64,000 nucleotides of DNA. Origin: an uncultured Phycisphaeraceae bacterium. GTDB taxonomy: Bacteria > Planctomycetota > Phycisphaerae > UBA1845. Shown piece by piece: positions 30,433 to 39,896 of this stretch. Under the pieces are notes generated by a model. That model saw only the letters and a program-made list of their open reading frames with translations, was not told where the DNA came from and did not search any database. A program made the translations under genes and the position numbers. The number at the start of each line of letters is the position of its first letter. The first letter of the stretch is position 1. Location of the stretch: contig CAZNPL010000007.1 of assembly GCA_964574815.1 (NCBI GenBank), forward strand, positions 51,246 to 115,245. The letters run 5' to 3'.

Positions 30433-31019
30433 GCCATACCCTCCCGTGGGTCTTGAACCGCACCTGGTACACGCAGAAACCGGCACACCGACGATAGGAG
30501 CGGAAGGAGCGCCGGCAAGCCGAAAACCGCAGACTATTTCGTCAACATGTTGACAGACTGCGCAACGAAACGCGGGACCGGAGCTTGCGGGCGGGCCCGG
30601 CCACCAGGAAATTCTCCCGACGGGCGAATGAAACACCCGTCGCGCCGCGCGCCAGAACACTTTTGGAGCAACTCGTGTCGTTTGGCGTCGTCAGTTTGCC
30701 GCGACAACGCCTCTTCTTCCCGCGGGCAACACCGCCGTAGAAACCATACGCCGCAACATCAGCGTTCCATGGGTGACCTGGGCAGCCGTCCACCCCTCAT
30801 GGGTGTGGAAAACGCCCCCACCTGATCCGGCGTGTTCCTTACACGTCAACTCGAGGCGTTGAGGGCATGAAATCATCGAGGGACGTGGTCCGACCCAATC
30901 AGGTATCCGGCACAATAGAGGCCCGCACAGGAGTGATTTGGACCACTACCGTTGAGGACTGCTTCTCATCCCCCGCCTGGCCGGCGGGTGCCGACGGCGC
31001 CGTAGTCGTGCCTAGTACT

Positions 31020-31790
31020 TCAGGAAAGGGAATACGCTGCGATCGAACCGGCGGCCACCAGCAAGGCCACTGCGATCCATCCGATTACGCGCCGGGCGCC
31101 GTAGCCGATCCAGGCAAATCGGTTGTCGAAGAAATCGCTAACGGCCAGCAGCCCCTCACACAACGCGTCGAATGCCAAGGAGAGCAGCCGCCGCAGGTCG
31201 AACGCTCGCCGTACACCCCGTGACCGCACGCCCTGCTCGGGAGCCGGTGCTTCCACGTGAACTGCGGCCGGATCCGGCTCCTTCGCCGCCGCTGGTTCGG
31301 TCGCCTCTTCGCCGGAGCTCGCGGCGTCATCGTCTGGCCGGGGCGACTCGTCGGGAGGCGGTGGTTCCAGGCGCGATTCTTCCTCCACGCGCTCAGCCAC
31401 CGGCTCCTCTTGTGTCGCAGACGGCTCCGGGTCCGATTCTGGCTCCGGCACTGCGGCAGGCTCGTCCTTCGGCGGCGGTGGCTCTTCCCGGTCACTCGCC
31501 TTTGGCGTTGGCTGATCGTCGGCTCGCGGCTCCGGCTCGGTGCCCATCCCCCGCAGCAGTTGCTCCACCTTGTTGAGCTGGTCGTCGACGTCCGCAGCTT
31601 CGGATTGGCCCGTGCCCGGACCGACGCCGGAGCTGGCCACCATACCGGCTCGTTCGACTCCCACTTCATCCTCCAACTGGCTGGACAAACCGACCGCATC
31701 CGCGAGAACGCGGTCCACCTCCTTCTCATCGACGGGGTCCGAACCGGCATCGTGCCGGGCGTTGGACGAGTTGGGGTCATCTGTCGGCAT
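31020..31790 (-). CDS. hypothetical acidic, Pro/Glu-rich protein with C-terminal TM anchor
   Basis: I prefer the start at 31790 (MPTDDPNSSN...). A long low-complexity EP-rich region is followed by a C-terminal hydrophobic segment, VIGWIAVALLVAAGSIAAYSL. Confidence 0.45.
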   Translation of the reverse strand: MPTDDPNSSNARHDAGSDPVDEKEVDRVLADAVGLSSQLEDEVGVERAGMVASSGVGPGTGQSEAADVDDQLNKVEQLLRGMGTEPEPRADDQPTPKASDREEPPPPKDEPAAVPEPESDPEPSATQEEPVAERVEEESRLEPPPPDESPRPDDDAASSGEEATEPAAAKEPDPAAVHVEAPAPEQGVRSRGVRRAFDLRRLLSLAFDALCEGLLAVSDFFDNRFAWIGYGARRVIGWIAVALLVAAGSIAAYSLS

Positions 31791-31901
31791 CGCGATCCAC
31801 CCGTTGACGGAGGTTCCTATACATCGGAGGACACGAACGGAAACTTCACACGCCGCCCCCAGCCGATTTGTCACACCCGAGTCGGCCGGGATAATGCGGC
31901 G

Positions 31902-32681
31902 ATGGCCGTACCCCGGGTATTCCATCCCGAGATGGTCTCCGGCAGGCTGACCCTCTCACCTGAGGAGTCCCACCACCTGCGGGACGTCCTGCGCTGCCGC
32001 CTCGGCGATGGCGTCACGCTATTCGATGGCACAGGTCATGAGGCCGCGGGGCGAATCGTCTCTATGGACCGCCGCGGCCTCGGCGTCGAGGCCGGCGAGA
32101 TTCGCTTCCGACCGTTCGAGCTGTCCATCCGACTCACGCTGGCCGTCGCCATGCCACGCGCTCCGCGGCAGGCGTTTCTGTTCGAAAAATGTACCGAACT
32201 CGGCGTGTGGGCACTCTGGCCGATCGTATGCGAACGCTCCGTCGTCCGGCCGAAACCGTCACAAGCGCTTAAGTGGCGCCGGACCGCGCTCGAAGCATGC
32301 AGACAATCCGGCCGGGCCTGGATACCGCAGATTCAGGACGCCGTCGCCTTCGAGAACACACTGTCGCATACCGAGGATTTTGAACTGTCGATCATCACAG
32401 ACGCCGAAGTCCGCTGGCCCACCTTGGTTGAGGTGCTGCGTCGCAAAATGGAGGCGGCCGAAAGGTCACAGCAAGGCCGCGATTGTCCGGCAACGGTCCT
32501 GGTGTGGGTGGGGCCGGAGGGCGGACTGACCCGCGAAGAAATCGATGCGGCCCTGGCCGCCGGCGCCCTCGGCGCCCGCCTCGGTCCCAACATTCTTCGC
32601 GTCGAGACGGCGGCGGTCGCGGTCGCGGGCATGCTGCACATGTTGGAGCGCGAGGGACACGCAGAGTCGGAGCCCGCCTGA
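31902..32681 (+). CDS. rsmE: 16S rRNA (uracil1498-N3)-methyltransferase
   Basis: Starts MAVPRVFHPEM; contains FEKCTELGVWALWPIVCERSVV and VGPEGGLTREEID...LGPNILRVETAAV. The track ORF 31257..32681 carries a spurious 215-aa N-terminal extension. Confidence 0.85.
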   Translation: MAVPRVFHPEMVSGRLTLSPEESHHLRDVLRCRLGDGVTLFDGTGHEAAGRIVSMDRRGLGVEAGEIRFRPFELSIRLTLAVAMPRAPRQAFLFEKCTELGVWALWPIVCERSVVRPKPSQALKWRRTALEACRQSGRAWIPQIQDAVAFENTLSHTEDFELSIITDAEVRWPTLVEVLRRKMEAAERSQQGRDCPATVLVWVGPEGGLTREEIDAALAAGALGARLGPNILRVETAAVAVAGMLHMLEREGHAESEPA

Positions 32682-32734
32682 CGGATACGGCGACGCACGC
32701 GAATCCGGCGTTTGGAAGATCGCCGTCTGCGCTC

Positions 32735-33976
32735 TTAAAGTGACCGCAGCACTTCGATCAGCCGATCCATTTCCTCCGATGTATTGTAGTGCAGCAGCCC
32801 GATGCGCACCATGCCCTCCGGCTCGACCCCGAGCGCCTCGGTGAGCGGCTGAGCGTAGTAATTGCCGCACCAGACAAAGATCCCCCGTTCGCCCAGCGCC
32901 GCCGCAACCTCCCGCGGCGAGAATCGTTCGTGAGTAAACGACACGGTCGGAACACGCTCGGACGCCCGGCTCGCGTCCGTGATGCCCCGGATCCGCACCG
33001 ATCCCAACTCCTGAAGCGCCTTGATGAGATCGTTCGCCCGGTCCCGCTCGTATTCCTCGATCGCCGCATACGCGGCGTCCAGCGCCTTATGCCGGTCCTT
33101 CGCTCCCGGGGCCACCCCCCTTCCCAAATCGGCCAGGTACTCGACCGCCGCGAGCGTACCGGCGATCCCCTCGTGACACTGCGTCCCGGTCATCCACCGC
33201 CCCGGGATCGTGTCCGGCGCGGGGCGGACCTTGTACGCCGGCAGCGATTCCAGATGCTCGCGCTTGCCCCACAGCACGCCGACGTGCGGCCCGAAGAACT
33301 TGTACGCCGAGCAGGCCGCAAAATCGCAGCCCCATTTGTCCACCTCCATCCTCAGGTGCGGGGCATAATGCACCGCATCCAGAAAGGTCCGAGCACCGGC
33401 CTCGTGAGCCATGCGGATGATGTCACCGAAGGGCGGGACCGTGCCGACCGCGTTGGATGCACAAGTGACGGCCACGAGTTTGGTCCGATCCGAAAGCTTG
33501 CTTCGCAGGTCATCCAGATCCAGCGTGCAGTCGGCCGGATCCACCGCAACCTGCCGGACCGTCACCCCGGCATCGCGAGCGGCCAGTACCCACGGCGTGT
33601 AGTTCGCGTCGTGATCGAGCTGCGACACCAACACCTCGTCCCCGGCCTGCCACGTCCTCGCCAGCGCCCGGCTGAGCGCAAACGTGAGACTGGTCATATT
33701 CGGACCGAAGACCACGCAGTCCGCATCTTTCGTCCCGACCAGATCGGCGACCGCCCGATGAGCCTCGCTCAAAACCGCGTCGCTTTCGCGGCTCGTCGCG
33801 AACGAGCCACCGCAGTTGGCATTGGTCTCGGTGAGGTAGCGGCCGACGGCCTGGATGACGGGCAGGGGCACCTGGCTGCCCGCCGGCCCGTCAAAATGGA
33901 CCACCTGCCGCCCGCCGAGCGTCCGCCGAAGGGCGGGGAACTGCTGACGACACGAATCAGGATCGAGGGATGTCAT
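32735..33976 (-). CDS. class V aminotransferase, cysteine desulfurase-like family protein
   Basis: 413 aa with FPALRRTLGGRQVVHFDGPAGSQVP and SAYKFFGPHVG (PLP lysine region). Confidence 0.8.
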   Translation of the reverse strand: MTSLDPDSCRQQFPALRRTLGGRQVVHFDGPAGSQVPLPVIQAVGRYLTETNANCGGSFATSRESDAVLSEAHRAVADLVGTKDADCVVFGPNMTSLTFALSRALARTWQAGDEVLVSQLDHDANYTPWVLAARDAGVTVRQVAVDPADCTLDLDDLRSKLSDRTKLVAVTCASNAVGTVPPFGDIIRMAHEAGARTFLDAVHYAPHLRMEVDKWGCDFAACSAYKFFGPHVGVLWGKREHLESLPAYKVRPAPDTIPGRWMTGTQCHEGIAGTLAAVEYLADLGRGVAPGAKDRHKALDAAYAAIEEYERDRANDLIKALQELGSVRIRGITDASRASERVPTVSFTHERFSPREVAAALGERGIFVWCGNYYAQPLTEALGVEPEGMVRIGLLHYNTSEEMDRLIEVLRSL

Positions 33977-34212
33977 GATAGAAGCTTCCTACGAATTCAT
34001 AGGGTCCGGGGCTGCACGACGATCGATCGTGACACGTCCACCGCCGATGGTCAATTCAGGACACGTGAGCCGCCCTTTATCGGGAGCTGTGACACTCTGG
34101 GCGACGTTCGAGTTGTGGGGCGACAGGTCCGCCTGAAGAGGACCAATGGCACCCGGCGACGCGTGTTTTGGATGCCAAGAACAACGCGGGTGCGGTTTTT
34201 GGGTCCGCGGAC

Positions 34213-34241
34213 TTGACACGGCGGGCATCCATGGCATAATG
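34213..34241 (+). promoter_or_regulatory. sigma70-like promoter of the arsR-led operon
   Basis: TTGACA-N17-ATAATG, ending 11 nt before the arsR-like ATG (near-leaderless). It overlaps the inverted repeat CATGG...CCATG. Confidence 0.45.
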
Positions 34242-34252
34242 GCAATAGTACC

Positions 34253-34585
34253 ATGAAACGCGGAGCGAAACATCCTATTCAGCGATACGAAGCTCGTGCG
34301 AGAATCGCCAAGGCTTTGGCGCACCCGAGCAGGTTGCTCATGCTCGACGCCCTGGCCGATGGCGAGATGTGCGTGTGCGAGCTCACCGAACTGGTCGGGG
34401 CCGATCAATCGACGGTCTCGAAACATTTATCGATCCTGAAGCAGGCCGGCATCGTGGGCGACCGTAAGGAGGGCACGATGATCTACTACAGCGTCAAAGT
34501 CGGATGCCTGCAGGGTTTCTGGCAGTGCATCGAGTCGGTTTTGAAGGAGAACCTGAAATCCCAGCAGGCCGCCATCGGCGCGTGA
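34253..34585 (+). CDS. ArsR/SmtB family metalloregulator
   Basis: 110 aa. AKALAHPSRLLMLDALADGEMCVCELTELVGADQSTVSKHLSILKQAGIV, with the CVC metal site in the HTH. Confidence 0.9.
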   Translation: MKRGAKHPIQRYEARARIAKALAHPSRLLMLDALADGEMCVCELTELVGADQSTVSKHLSILKQAGIVGDRKEGTMIYYSVKVGCLQGFWQCIESVLKENLKSQQAAIGA

Positions 34586-34656
34586 TGAAACACGCGTTTT
34601 TGTTCGCTCTTTCCATGGCTTAAGGGCCATATAGCAATGGAGTTCGAAACACTCCC

Positions 34657-35961
34657 ATGAAGCAGTGGAAGATCTTCATCGCCTTCCTCGCCGTCTTCCT
34701 GATCGCCTACTTCCTGCCGCTCTCGAATCCCAAGGTCACCGGCGCAATCCTGGAGGCCTTCAAGATGCTCCAGTGGTACGCCCGCAACCACACGCTCGCC
34801 TGCGTCGTCCCCGCCTTGTTCATCGCCGGCGCCATTATCACGTTCCTTTCCCAAGCCGCCGTGCTTCGCCATCTCGGGCCCACAGCCAACAAAGTGGAGG
34901 CCTATTCGGTCGCGTCTGTGTCGGGGACGGTGCTGGCCGTCTGCTCCTGCAGCGTCCTGCCGATGTTTGCGGGGATCTATCGCGTCGGCGCCGGACTCGG
35001 TCCCGCCTCGGCATTTCTCTACTCCGGCCCCGCCCTCAACATCCTGGCTGTATTCCTGACGGCGCGCGTGCTCGGCTTCCAGATCGGCGTCGCACGCGCC
35101 GTGGGCGCCATCGTGTTCGGCATCCTCATCGGCGTGATCATGGCCCTTGTCTTCCGGAGGTCCGAGCACGAGCGCAGCAACGCCGCCGCCGCACTCCCGG
35201 CGCCTCCACCCGCCCGCCGGCGAACGTGGCAGACCCTGCTTTACTTCGCTTGCATGATGGCCTTCCTGGTGTTCAGCGACTGGTATAACCCGGGCAACGT
35301 CATCGTGCACAGAAAAGACGGGGGCGAGATCCCGGCCGTTCTCTTGCAGGAGACACGGGACGAATTGCTGATCCAGGTCGAGCGACCGGTCGAGGGCCTG
35401 AGCGTCGGAGAGCAGATCACGCTGCCGAAAACGGAGATCGCCCGCGTCGAGGAAGCGAGCAACTGGGTAACCCGGATCTATCACGTGAAGTGGTACCTGG
35501 CCGGCGCGATGGGCCTGGCCGTCCTGCTGATGGTGTGGCGATGGTTCGAACTGAGCGAAGTCAGGGAATGGATGCACAACACGTGGGACTTCGCCAAGCT
35601 GCTCGTGCCGCTGCTGTTCGGCGGCGTGTTCATCGTGGGCTTCCTGGGCGCCCTGCTTCCCGACCAGCAGGTGGCCGCACTGGTCGGCGACAACAGCATC
35701 CAATCCAACGTGGTGGCCTCGGTCGTGGGCTGCCTGTTCTATTTCGCCACGCTGACCGAAATACCGATTCTGCAGGCGTTGATGGAACACGGCATGCACG
35801 AAGGCCCGGCGCTGGCCCTGCTGCTCGCCGGCCCCGCGCTGTCGCTCCCGAGCCTGCTGGTGATTTACTCCGTGATCGGGTTCAGGAAGACCGCCGTGTT
35901 CACCGTGCTGGTCGTCGTGATGGCCACGATCGTCGGCGTTACATACGGAGCGATCGTGTGA
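34657..35961 (+). CDS. COG0701-type permease (ArsP-like organoarsenical efflux permease family)
   Basis: 434 aa, multi-pass. It has the vicinal-Cys motif LAVCSCSVLPMF and lies in an ars context. Confidence 0.7.
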   Translation: MKQWKIFIAFLAVFLIAYFLPLSNPKVTGAILEAFKMLQWYARNHTLACVVPALFIAGAIITFLSQAAVLRHLGPTANKVEAYSVASVSGTVLAVCSCSVLPMFAGIYRVGAGLGPASAFLYSGPALNILAVFLTARVLGFQIGVARAVGAIVFGILIGVIMALVFRRSEHERSNAAAALPAPPPARRRTWQTLLYFACMMAFLVFSDWYNPGNVIVHRKDGGEIPAVLLQETRDELLIQVERPVEGLSVGEQITLPKTEIARVEEASNWVTRIYHVKWYLAGAMGLAVLLMVWRWFELSEVREWMHNTWDFAKLLVPLLFGGVFIVGFLGALLPDQQVAALVGDNSIQSNVVASVVGCLFYFATLTEIPILQALMEHGMHEGPALALLLAGPALSLPSLLVIYSVIGFRKTAVFTVLVVVMATIVGVTYGAIV

Positions 35962-35977
35962 TGCAAGGAGACTGGAC

Positions 35978-36226
35978 ATGAAGATCGAAGTTCTGGGAAC
36001 CGGATGTGCAAAGTGCAACGCGCTCGAAGCAGCGGTCAAGCTCGTGGCCGACAGGCTCGGATACGACTATCAGCTCGAGCACGTCAAGGAGATTGCGAAG
36101 TTCGCATCCTACGGCGTGATGATGACGCCCGCGCTCGTCGTGGATGGACAGGTCAAGGCCTCCGGCAAAGTCCCGACTGACGCCGAGTTGACCTCGATCC
36201 TGACGACGGCGGCACAGAGTAGCTGA
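35978..36226 (+). CDS. small thioredoxin-fold protein (MTH895/redox-active disulfide protein 2 type)
   Basis: 82 aa. MKIEVLGTGCAKCNALE...GVMMTPALVVDGQV. Confidence 0.8.
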   Translation: MKIEVLGTGCAKCNALEAAVKLVADRLGYDYQLEHVKEIAKFASYGVMMTPALVVDGQVKASGKVPTDAELTSILTTAAQSS

Positions 36227-36286
36227 GAATCCGGACCCCCGGCCCCAGCCAGCCCGGACCGGAGCCAAAAGGAAAGGAAGTGCGAC

Positions 36287-36667
36287 ATGTCAGACGAATG
36301 TTGTGGCAGCAATAGCGCAGAAACTCTGGTCTTCACCTGCGCAGGCGCCGCCTATTCCGGCCAGGTATCAAACCGCGCCGGTGTAAACCTCATGCAGGAC
36401 GGCACGGGCAACCTCTTTTGCGTCGCGGCCGTCGGCGCAAGTATCCCGGAGAAGATGGAACGGGCCCGCAACGCCGGCCGGCGTGTGGTGATCGACGGCT
36501 GCGAGGACCATTGCGCCCGCAAAATCATCGAACGGGCCGGGCTGCCAGTCGACCTCCACGTGGACGTCACGACGCTGGGGATCGAGAAGAAGCCCGCAAA
36601 GCCGGAAATGATCAACGACGCCAGGCGAATCGCCACTCACGTAAGCAGCACGCTTGCGACGACTTGA
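36287..36667 (+). CDS. DGC-domain putative zinc-binding protein
   Basis: 126 aa. LVFTCAGAAYSGQVSNRAG...VVIDGCEDHCARKIIERAG...LGIEK. Confidence 0.7.
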   Translation: MSDECCGSNSAETLVFTCAGAAYSGQVSNRAGVNLMQDGTGNLFCVAAVGASIPEKMERARNAGRRVVIDGCEDHCARKIIERAGLPVDLHVDVTTLGIEKKPAKPEMINDARRIATHVSSTLATT

Positions 36668-36702
36668 ACTGCAGCGCCACAGGTAAAGGCTGAGTAAAGG
36701 AG

Positions 36703-37308
36703 ATGAGCATCATGTCGCATCTGAGGAATTCGATACCAATGCTACGGCTCATTCCGGTTCTTCTGCCGGTGATTCTCGCGGGATGCAGACAGCCGGCTAC
36801 GTCCGAAAGCGCGGCCACCGGCCAACACGATCCGCCGCCACCCGCCGCCGCAAGCCACGCCGACGCTACAGAGGCCGCAGCGACGGCCGATGCCGAACGC
36901 GAACCGGGCACCGATCTTCCCGGTGCCGAAGCGGCCAGTGACGGCGCGCCGAACGCGCCAAACGCCGCTCAACCCCCCAAAACCGTTGTGGCGTACTACT
37001 TTCATCGTACCATGCGATGCCCCACGTGCCTGTCGATCGAGGACCAGGCGCGCAAGGCCGTTCAGACCGGGTTCGTACGCGAGCTGGAGCGCGGCACCGT
37101 CGAGTGGCGCGCCGTGAACATCGATCAAAACGGGAACGAGCACTTCGAAAAGGACTTCGAATTGACCGCATCGTCACTCGTTATCGTGGAAATGAAAGAC
37201 GAGAAGATCGCGCGATGGAAGAACCTCGGACGCGTGTGGGAACTGGTGGGTGATGGTCCGGCCTTCCGGCGATACGTCGAGACTGAAGTCGCCGGCTTCC
37301 TCGACTGA
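36703..37308 (+). CDS. lipoprotein with thioredoxin-like C-terminal domain (ArsF-like, tentative)
   Basis: 201 aa with lipobox LAGC. The C-terminal domain reads VVAYYFHRTMRCPTCLSIE...SLVIVEMKDEKI. The family assignment is from memory only. Confidence 0.5.
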   Translation: MSIMSHLRNSIPMLRLIPVLLPVILAGCRQPATSESAATGQHDPPPPAAASHADATEAAATADAEREPGTDLPGAEAASDGAPNAPNAAQPPKTVVAYYFHRTMRCPTCLSIEDQARKAVQTGFVRELERGTVEWRAVNIDQNGNEHFEKDFELTASSLVIVEMKDEKIARWKNLGRVWELVGDGPAFRRYVETEVAGFLD

Positions 37309-37340
37309 ACGACGAATGGCGGAAAGGGCAGGCGAGAAGG

Positions 37341-37991
37341 ATGTCCAATGTGGCCGTGAAGAATAGTGTTGCACTCCTGGCAGTTGTTGCCGTCGTCGCC
37401 GGCGCTGCGTGGTTCAAGTCTCACCGACCCGAACCCCTGTCCGACGCGGCATACACGGAGCCGAGGCCTGTCGAATCTGACCAGGCGCACCCCAAGCGCG
37501 GTTCCGGTGACCTTGCGGCTGAGCCCAATGAATCCGCCGACACAACGCACGTCGAGCCGAACGTCGTACCGCCCGTCCCGAACGAAAACACAGTTGCCAA
37601 AACCGAAACGGAAAATGATGTGGTGATCGAAGGCCCCATCGAGGCGCCGCCGCGGATTGTTCCCGAGCCGAACGCGATGGCTGAAGCGTCAACCACCGTT
37701 GCGACCGGCGCCAAGCTGCCTCGTCTGGTCGATTTGGGCTCCGACAAGTGCAAAGACTGCAAAGCCTTGGCCCCGATCCTGGAGGCGTTGCGCGAAGAGT
37801 ACGAAGGACGCTTGTCCGTCGAGTTCATCGACGTCTGGAAGCAACCGAACGCGGCCAAGTCATACAAGATCCGCCTGATCCCCACCCAGGTCCTTTACGA
37901 CGAAGGCGGTCACGAAGTCTGGCGACACGAGGGCTTCATCTCGAAGAAGGAGCTGAAGAAGCTCTTCGCCGACAAGGTTGGAGTGAAGTAG
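37341..37991 (+). CDS. membrane-anchored thioredoxin family protein
   Basis: 216 aa with an N-terminal TM segment. The C-terminal Trx fold has a CKDC active site (LGSDKCKDCKALAPILE...IPTQVLYD). Confidence 0.8.
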   Translation: MSNVAVKNSVALLAVVAVVAGAAWFKSHRPEPLSDAAYTEPRPVESDQAHPKRGSGDLAAEPNESADTTHVEPNVVPPVPNENTVAKTETENDVVIEGPIEAPPRIVPEPNAMAEASTTVATGAKLPRLVDLGSDKCKDCKALAPILEALREEYEGRLSVEFIDVWKQPNAAKSYKIRLIPTQVLYDEGGHEVWRHEGFISKKELKKLFADKVGVK

Positions 37992-38681
37992 ATGCCGGAC
38001 AACTTCTCCGAAAACCTCGCCGAGATCGTGCAGAGTAACCCCTGGCTGGCGCCGCTGGCCGCCTTCCTCGGCGGCCTGCTGACCGCCGCCGCCCCTTGCG
38101 TGATCGCCATGGTGCCGCTGATGGTCGGATACGTCGCGGGACAGGAAACGGGCGAGAAGCGCCGTGTCCAGCAGTCGTTTCTGCTTTCGCTCACGTTCAC
38201 GATCGGCTTGACGCTGATGTTCGGCGTTCTCCTCTTGGCGACCTGGGCGGTAAGCTCGGTTCTCCGGGCGTCCTGGTGGAGCTACGTCGCAGGCGCCGTG
38301 TGCCTGCTCATGGGGCTGCACCTGCTCGGCGCCCTGCACCTGTCGATCCCCGCTCCCACGGGACTGCAACCGAAGCAGAAGGGTTTCATCGGTGCGCTAC
38401 TGCTCGGCCTGCTCTTTGGTCTCGTATCGCTGCCGTGCGCCGGGCCGGTGTTGCTGGCCCTGCTGGCCGTCGTTCCGCTCAAAGGCGTGGCTTTCGGCTC
38501 CGTACTGCTCGTGGCCTACAGCCTTGGGCATTGCGGCCTGATCCTGCTGGGCGGCACATCGATGGGCCTCGTGCAACGCATGGTGGATTCAAAGAGATGG
38601 ACCCGCGGAACGGAGATCCTGCGCCGGGTGGCCGGCGTGCTGATCATTGGTGTCGGAGCGTGGGTGCTTTTCCTGACGTAA
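37992..38681 (+). CDS. ccdA: cytochrome c biogenesis/thiol-disulfide transfer protein CcdA (DsbD core)
   Basis: 229 aa, 6-TM type. AAAPCVIAMVPL in TM1 and LPCAGPVL in TM4. Confidence 0.85.
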   Translation: MPDNFSENLAEIVQSNPWLAPLAAFLGGLLTAAAPCVIAMVPLMVGYVAGQETGEKRRVQQSFLLSLTFTIGLTLMFGVLLLATWAVSSVLRASWWSYVAGAVCLLMGLHLLGALHLSIPAPTGLQPKQKGFIGALLLGLLFGLVSLPCAGPVLLALLAVVPLKGVAFGSVLLVAYSLGHCGLILLGGTSMGLVQRMVDSKRWTRGTEILRRVAGVLIIGVGAWVLFLT

Positions 38682-38741
38682 TCAAGAACACGCCGCCGAG
38701 TAGAGCATGAACGTGCGACACATTTCGCACGGAGGCGACGC

Positions 38742-39857
38742 ATGACGAGTCAAGGCACGACAGCCCGACCCGGGCAACACAGGCGGCTGGGTCCTCTTGA
38801 TCGCTACCTGACGCTCTGGATCTTCCTGGCCATGGCGGTCGGCGTCTTGATGGGGCATTTCGTGCCGGCGGTAGAGCGGGTGATCGACTCCTTCTCAATC
38901 GGCACGACGAACATTCCGATTGCGATCGGTTTGATCCTGATGATGTACCCGCCCCTGGCGAAAGTGAAGTACGAGGAGCTGGGCGACGCCTTTCGCGATT
39001 GGCGCGTGCTGGGGCTCTCGCTCGTACAGAACTGGGTCATCGGGCCGGTGCTCATGTTCGCGCTGGCGGTGCTTTTTCTTCGCGGACACCCGGAATACAT
39101 GGTCGGTCTGATTCTGATCGGACTCGCAAGATGCATCGCCATGGTCATCGTCTGGAACGACCTGGCAGGCGGCGACCGCGAGTACGCCGCCGGACTGGTG
39201 GCGTTCAACTCGATCTTCCAGATCCTCTTCTTCTCCGTGTATGCGTGGCTGTTCATCACCGTCCTTCCGCCGCTCCTGGGCCTGAGCAGCACGATCGTTG
39301 ACGTCACCATCTGGGAAATCGCACAAAGCGTCCTGATCTACCTCGGAATCCCCTTCTTTGGCGGCATGCTGACGCGCCTCGTCCTGCTGAGGGCCAAGGG
39401 CCGACACTGGTATGAGACGAAATTCGTTCCGAAAATATCGCCGGTCACGTTGATTGCCCTCCTGTTCACCATTGTCGTCATGTTCAGCTTCAAGGGGGAG
39501 ACGATCGTACGCCTTCCGCTGGACGTCTTGCGAATCGCCGTGCCTTTGTGCATCTACTTTGTCGTGATGTTTCTGGTCTCGTTCTGGATGGGAAGGATGC
39601 TCGGAGCCGGCTACTCGAAGACGACCACGATCGCCTTCACCGCGGCAAGCAACAACTTCGAACTGGCCATCGCTGTGGCGATCGCCGTGTTCGGCATCGC
39701 CTCCGGGCAGGCTTTTGCAGCCGTCATCGGGCCGCTGGTCGAAGTGCCCGTCCTGATCGGCCTCGTCAACGTGGCCCTGTACTTCCGGCGGAAGCATTTC
39801 TCGCTCGCGGCGGAGGGCCATGAAGTGCTACCGCCGGCGCAAGCACTCGAACCATAG
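38742..39857 (+). CDS. acr3: ACR3 family arsenite efflux transporter
   Basis: 371 aa. [23 protein letters not shown]...[25 protein letters not shown]. Confidence 0.9.
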   Translation: MTSQGTTARPGQHRRLGPLDRYLTLWIFLAMAVGVLMGHFVPAVERVIDSFSIGTTNIPIAIGLILMMYPPLAKVKYEELGDAFRDWRVLGLSLVQNWVIGPVLMFALAVLFLRGHPEYMVGLILIGLARCIAMVIVWNDLAGGDREYAAGLVAFNSIFQILFFSVYAWLFITVLPPLLGLSSTIVDVTIWEIAQSVLIYLGIPFFGGMLTRLVLLRAKGRHWYETKFVPKISPVTLIALLFTIVVMFSFKGETIVRLPLDVLRIAVPLCIYFVVMFLVSFWMGRMLGAGYSKTTTIAFTAASNNFELAIAVAIAVFGIASGQAFAAVIGPLVEVPVLIGLVNVALYFRRKHFSLAAEGHEVLPPAQALEP

Positions 39858-39896
39858 GCTTACGAGGCCCGTTGCTCGATCGAAGGCCGGATCGGC

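Noticed and set aside
32789-34216. 475-aa plus-strand ORF
   Set aside because: It is antisense to the class V aminotransferase gene and has no motifs.
34486-36039. 517-aa minus-strand ORF
   Set aside because: It is antisense to the ArsP-like permease and the mini-thioredoxin. Its composition is dominated by H/D/G/R/Q runs, and the plus-strand genes have clear family signatures.
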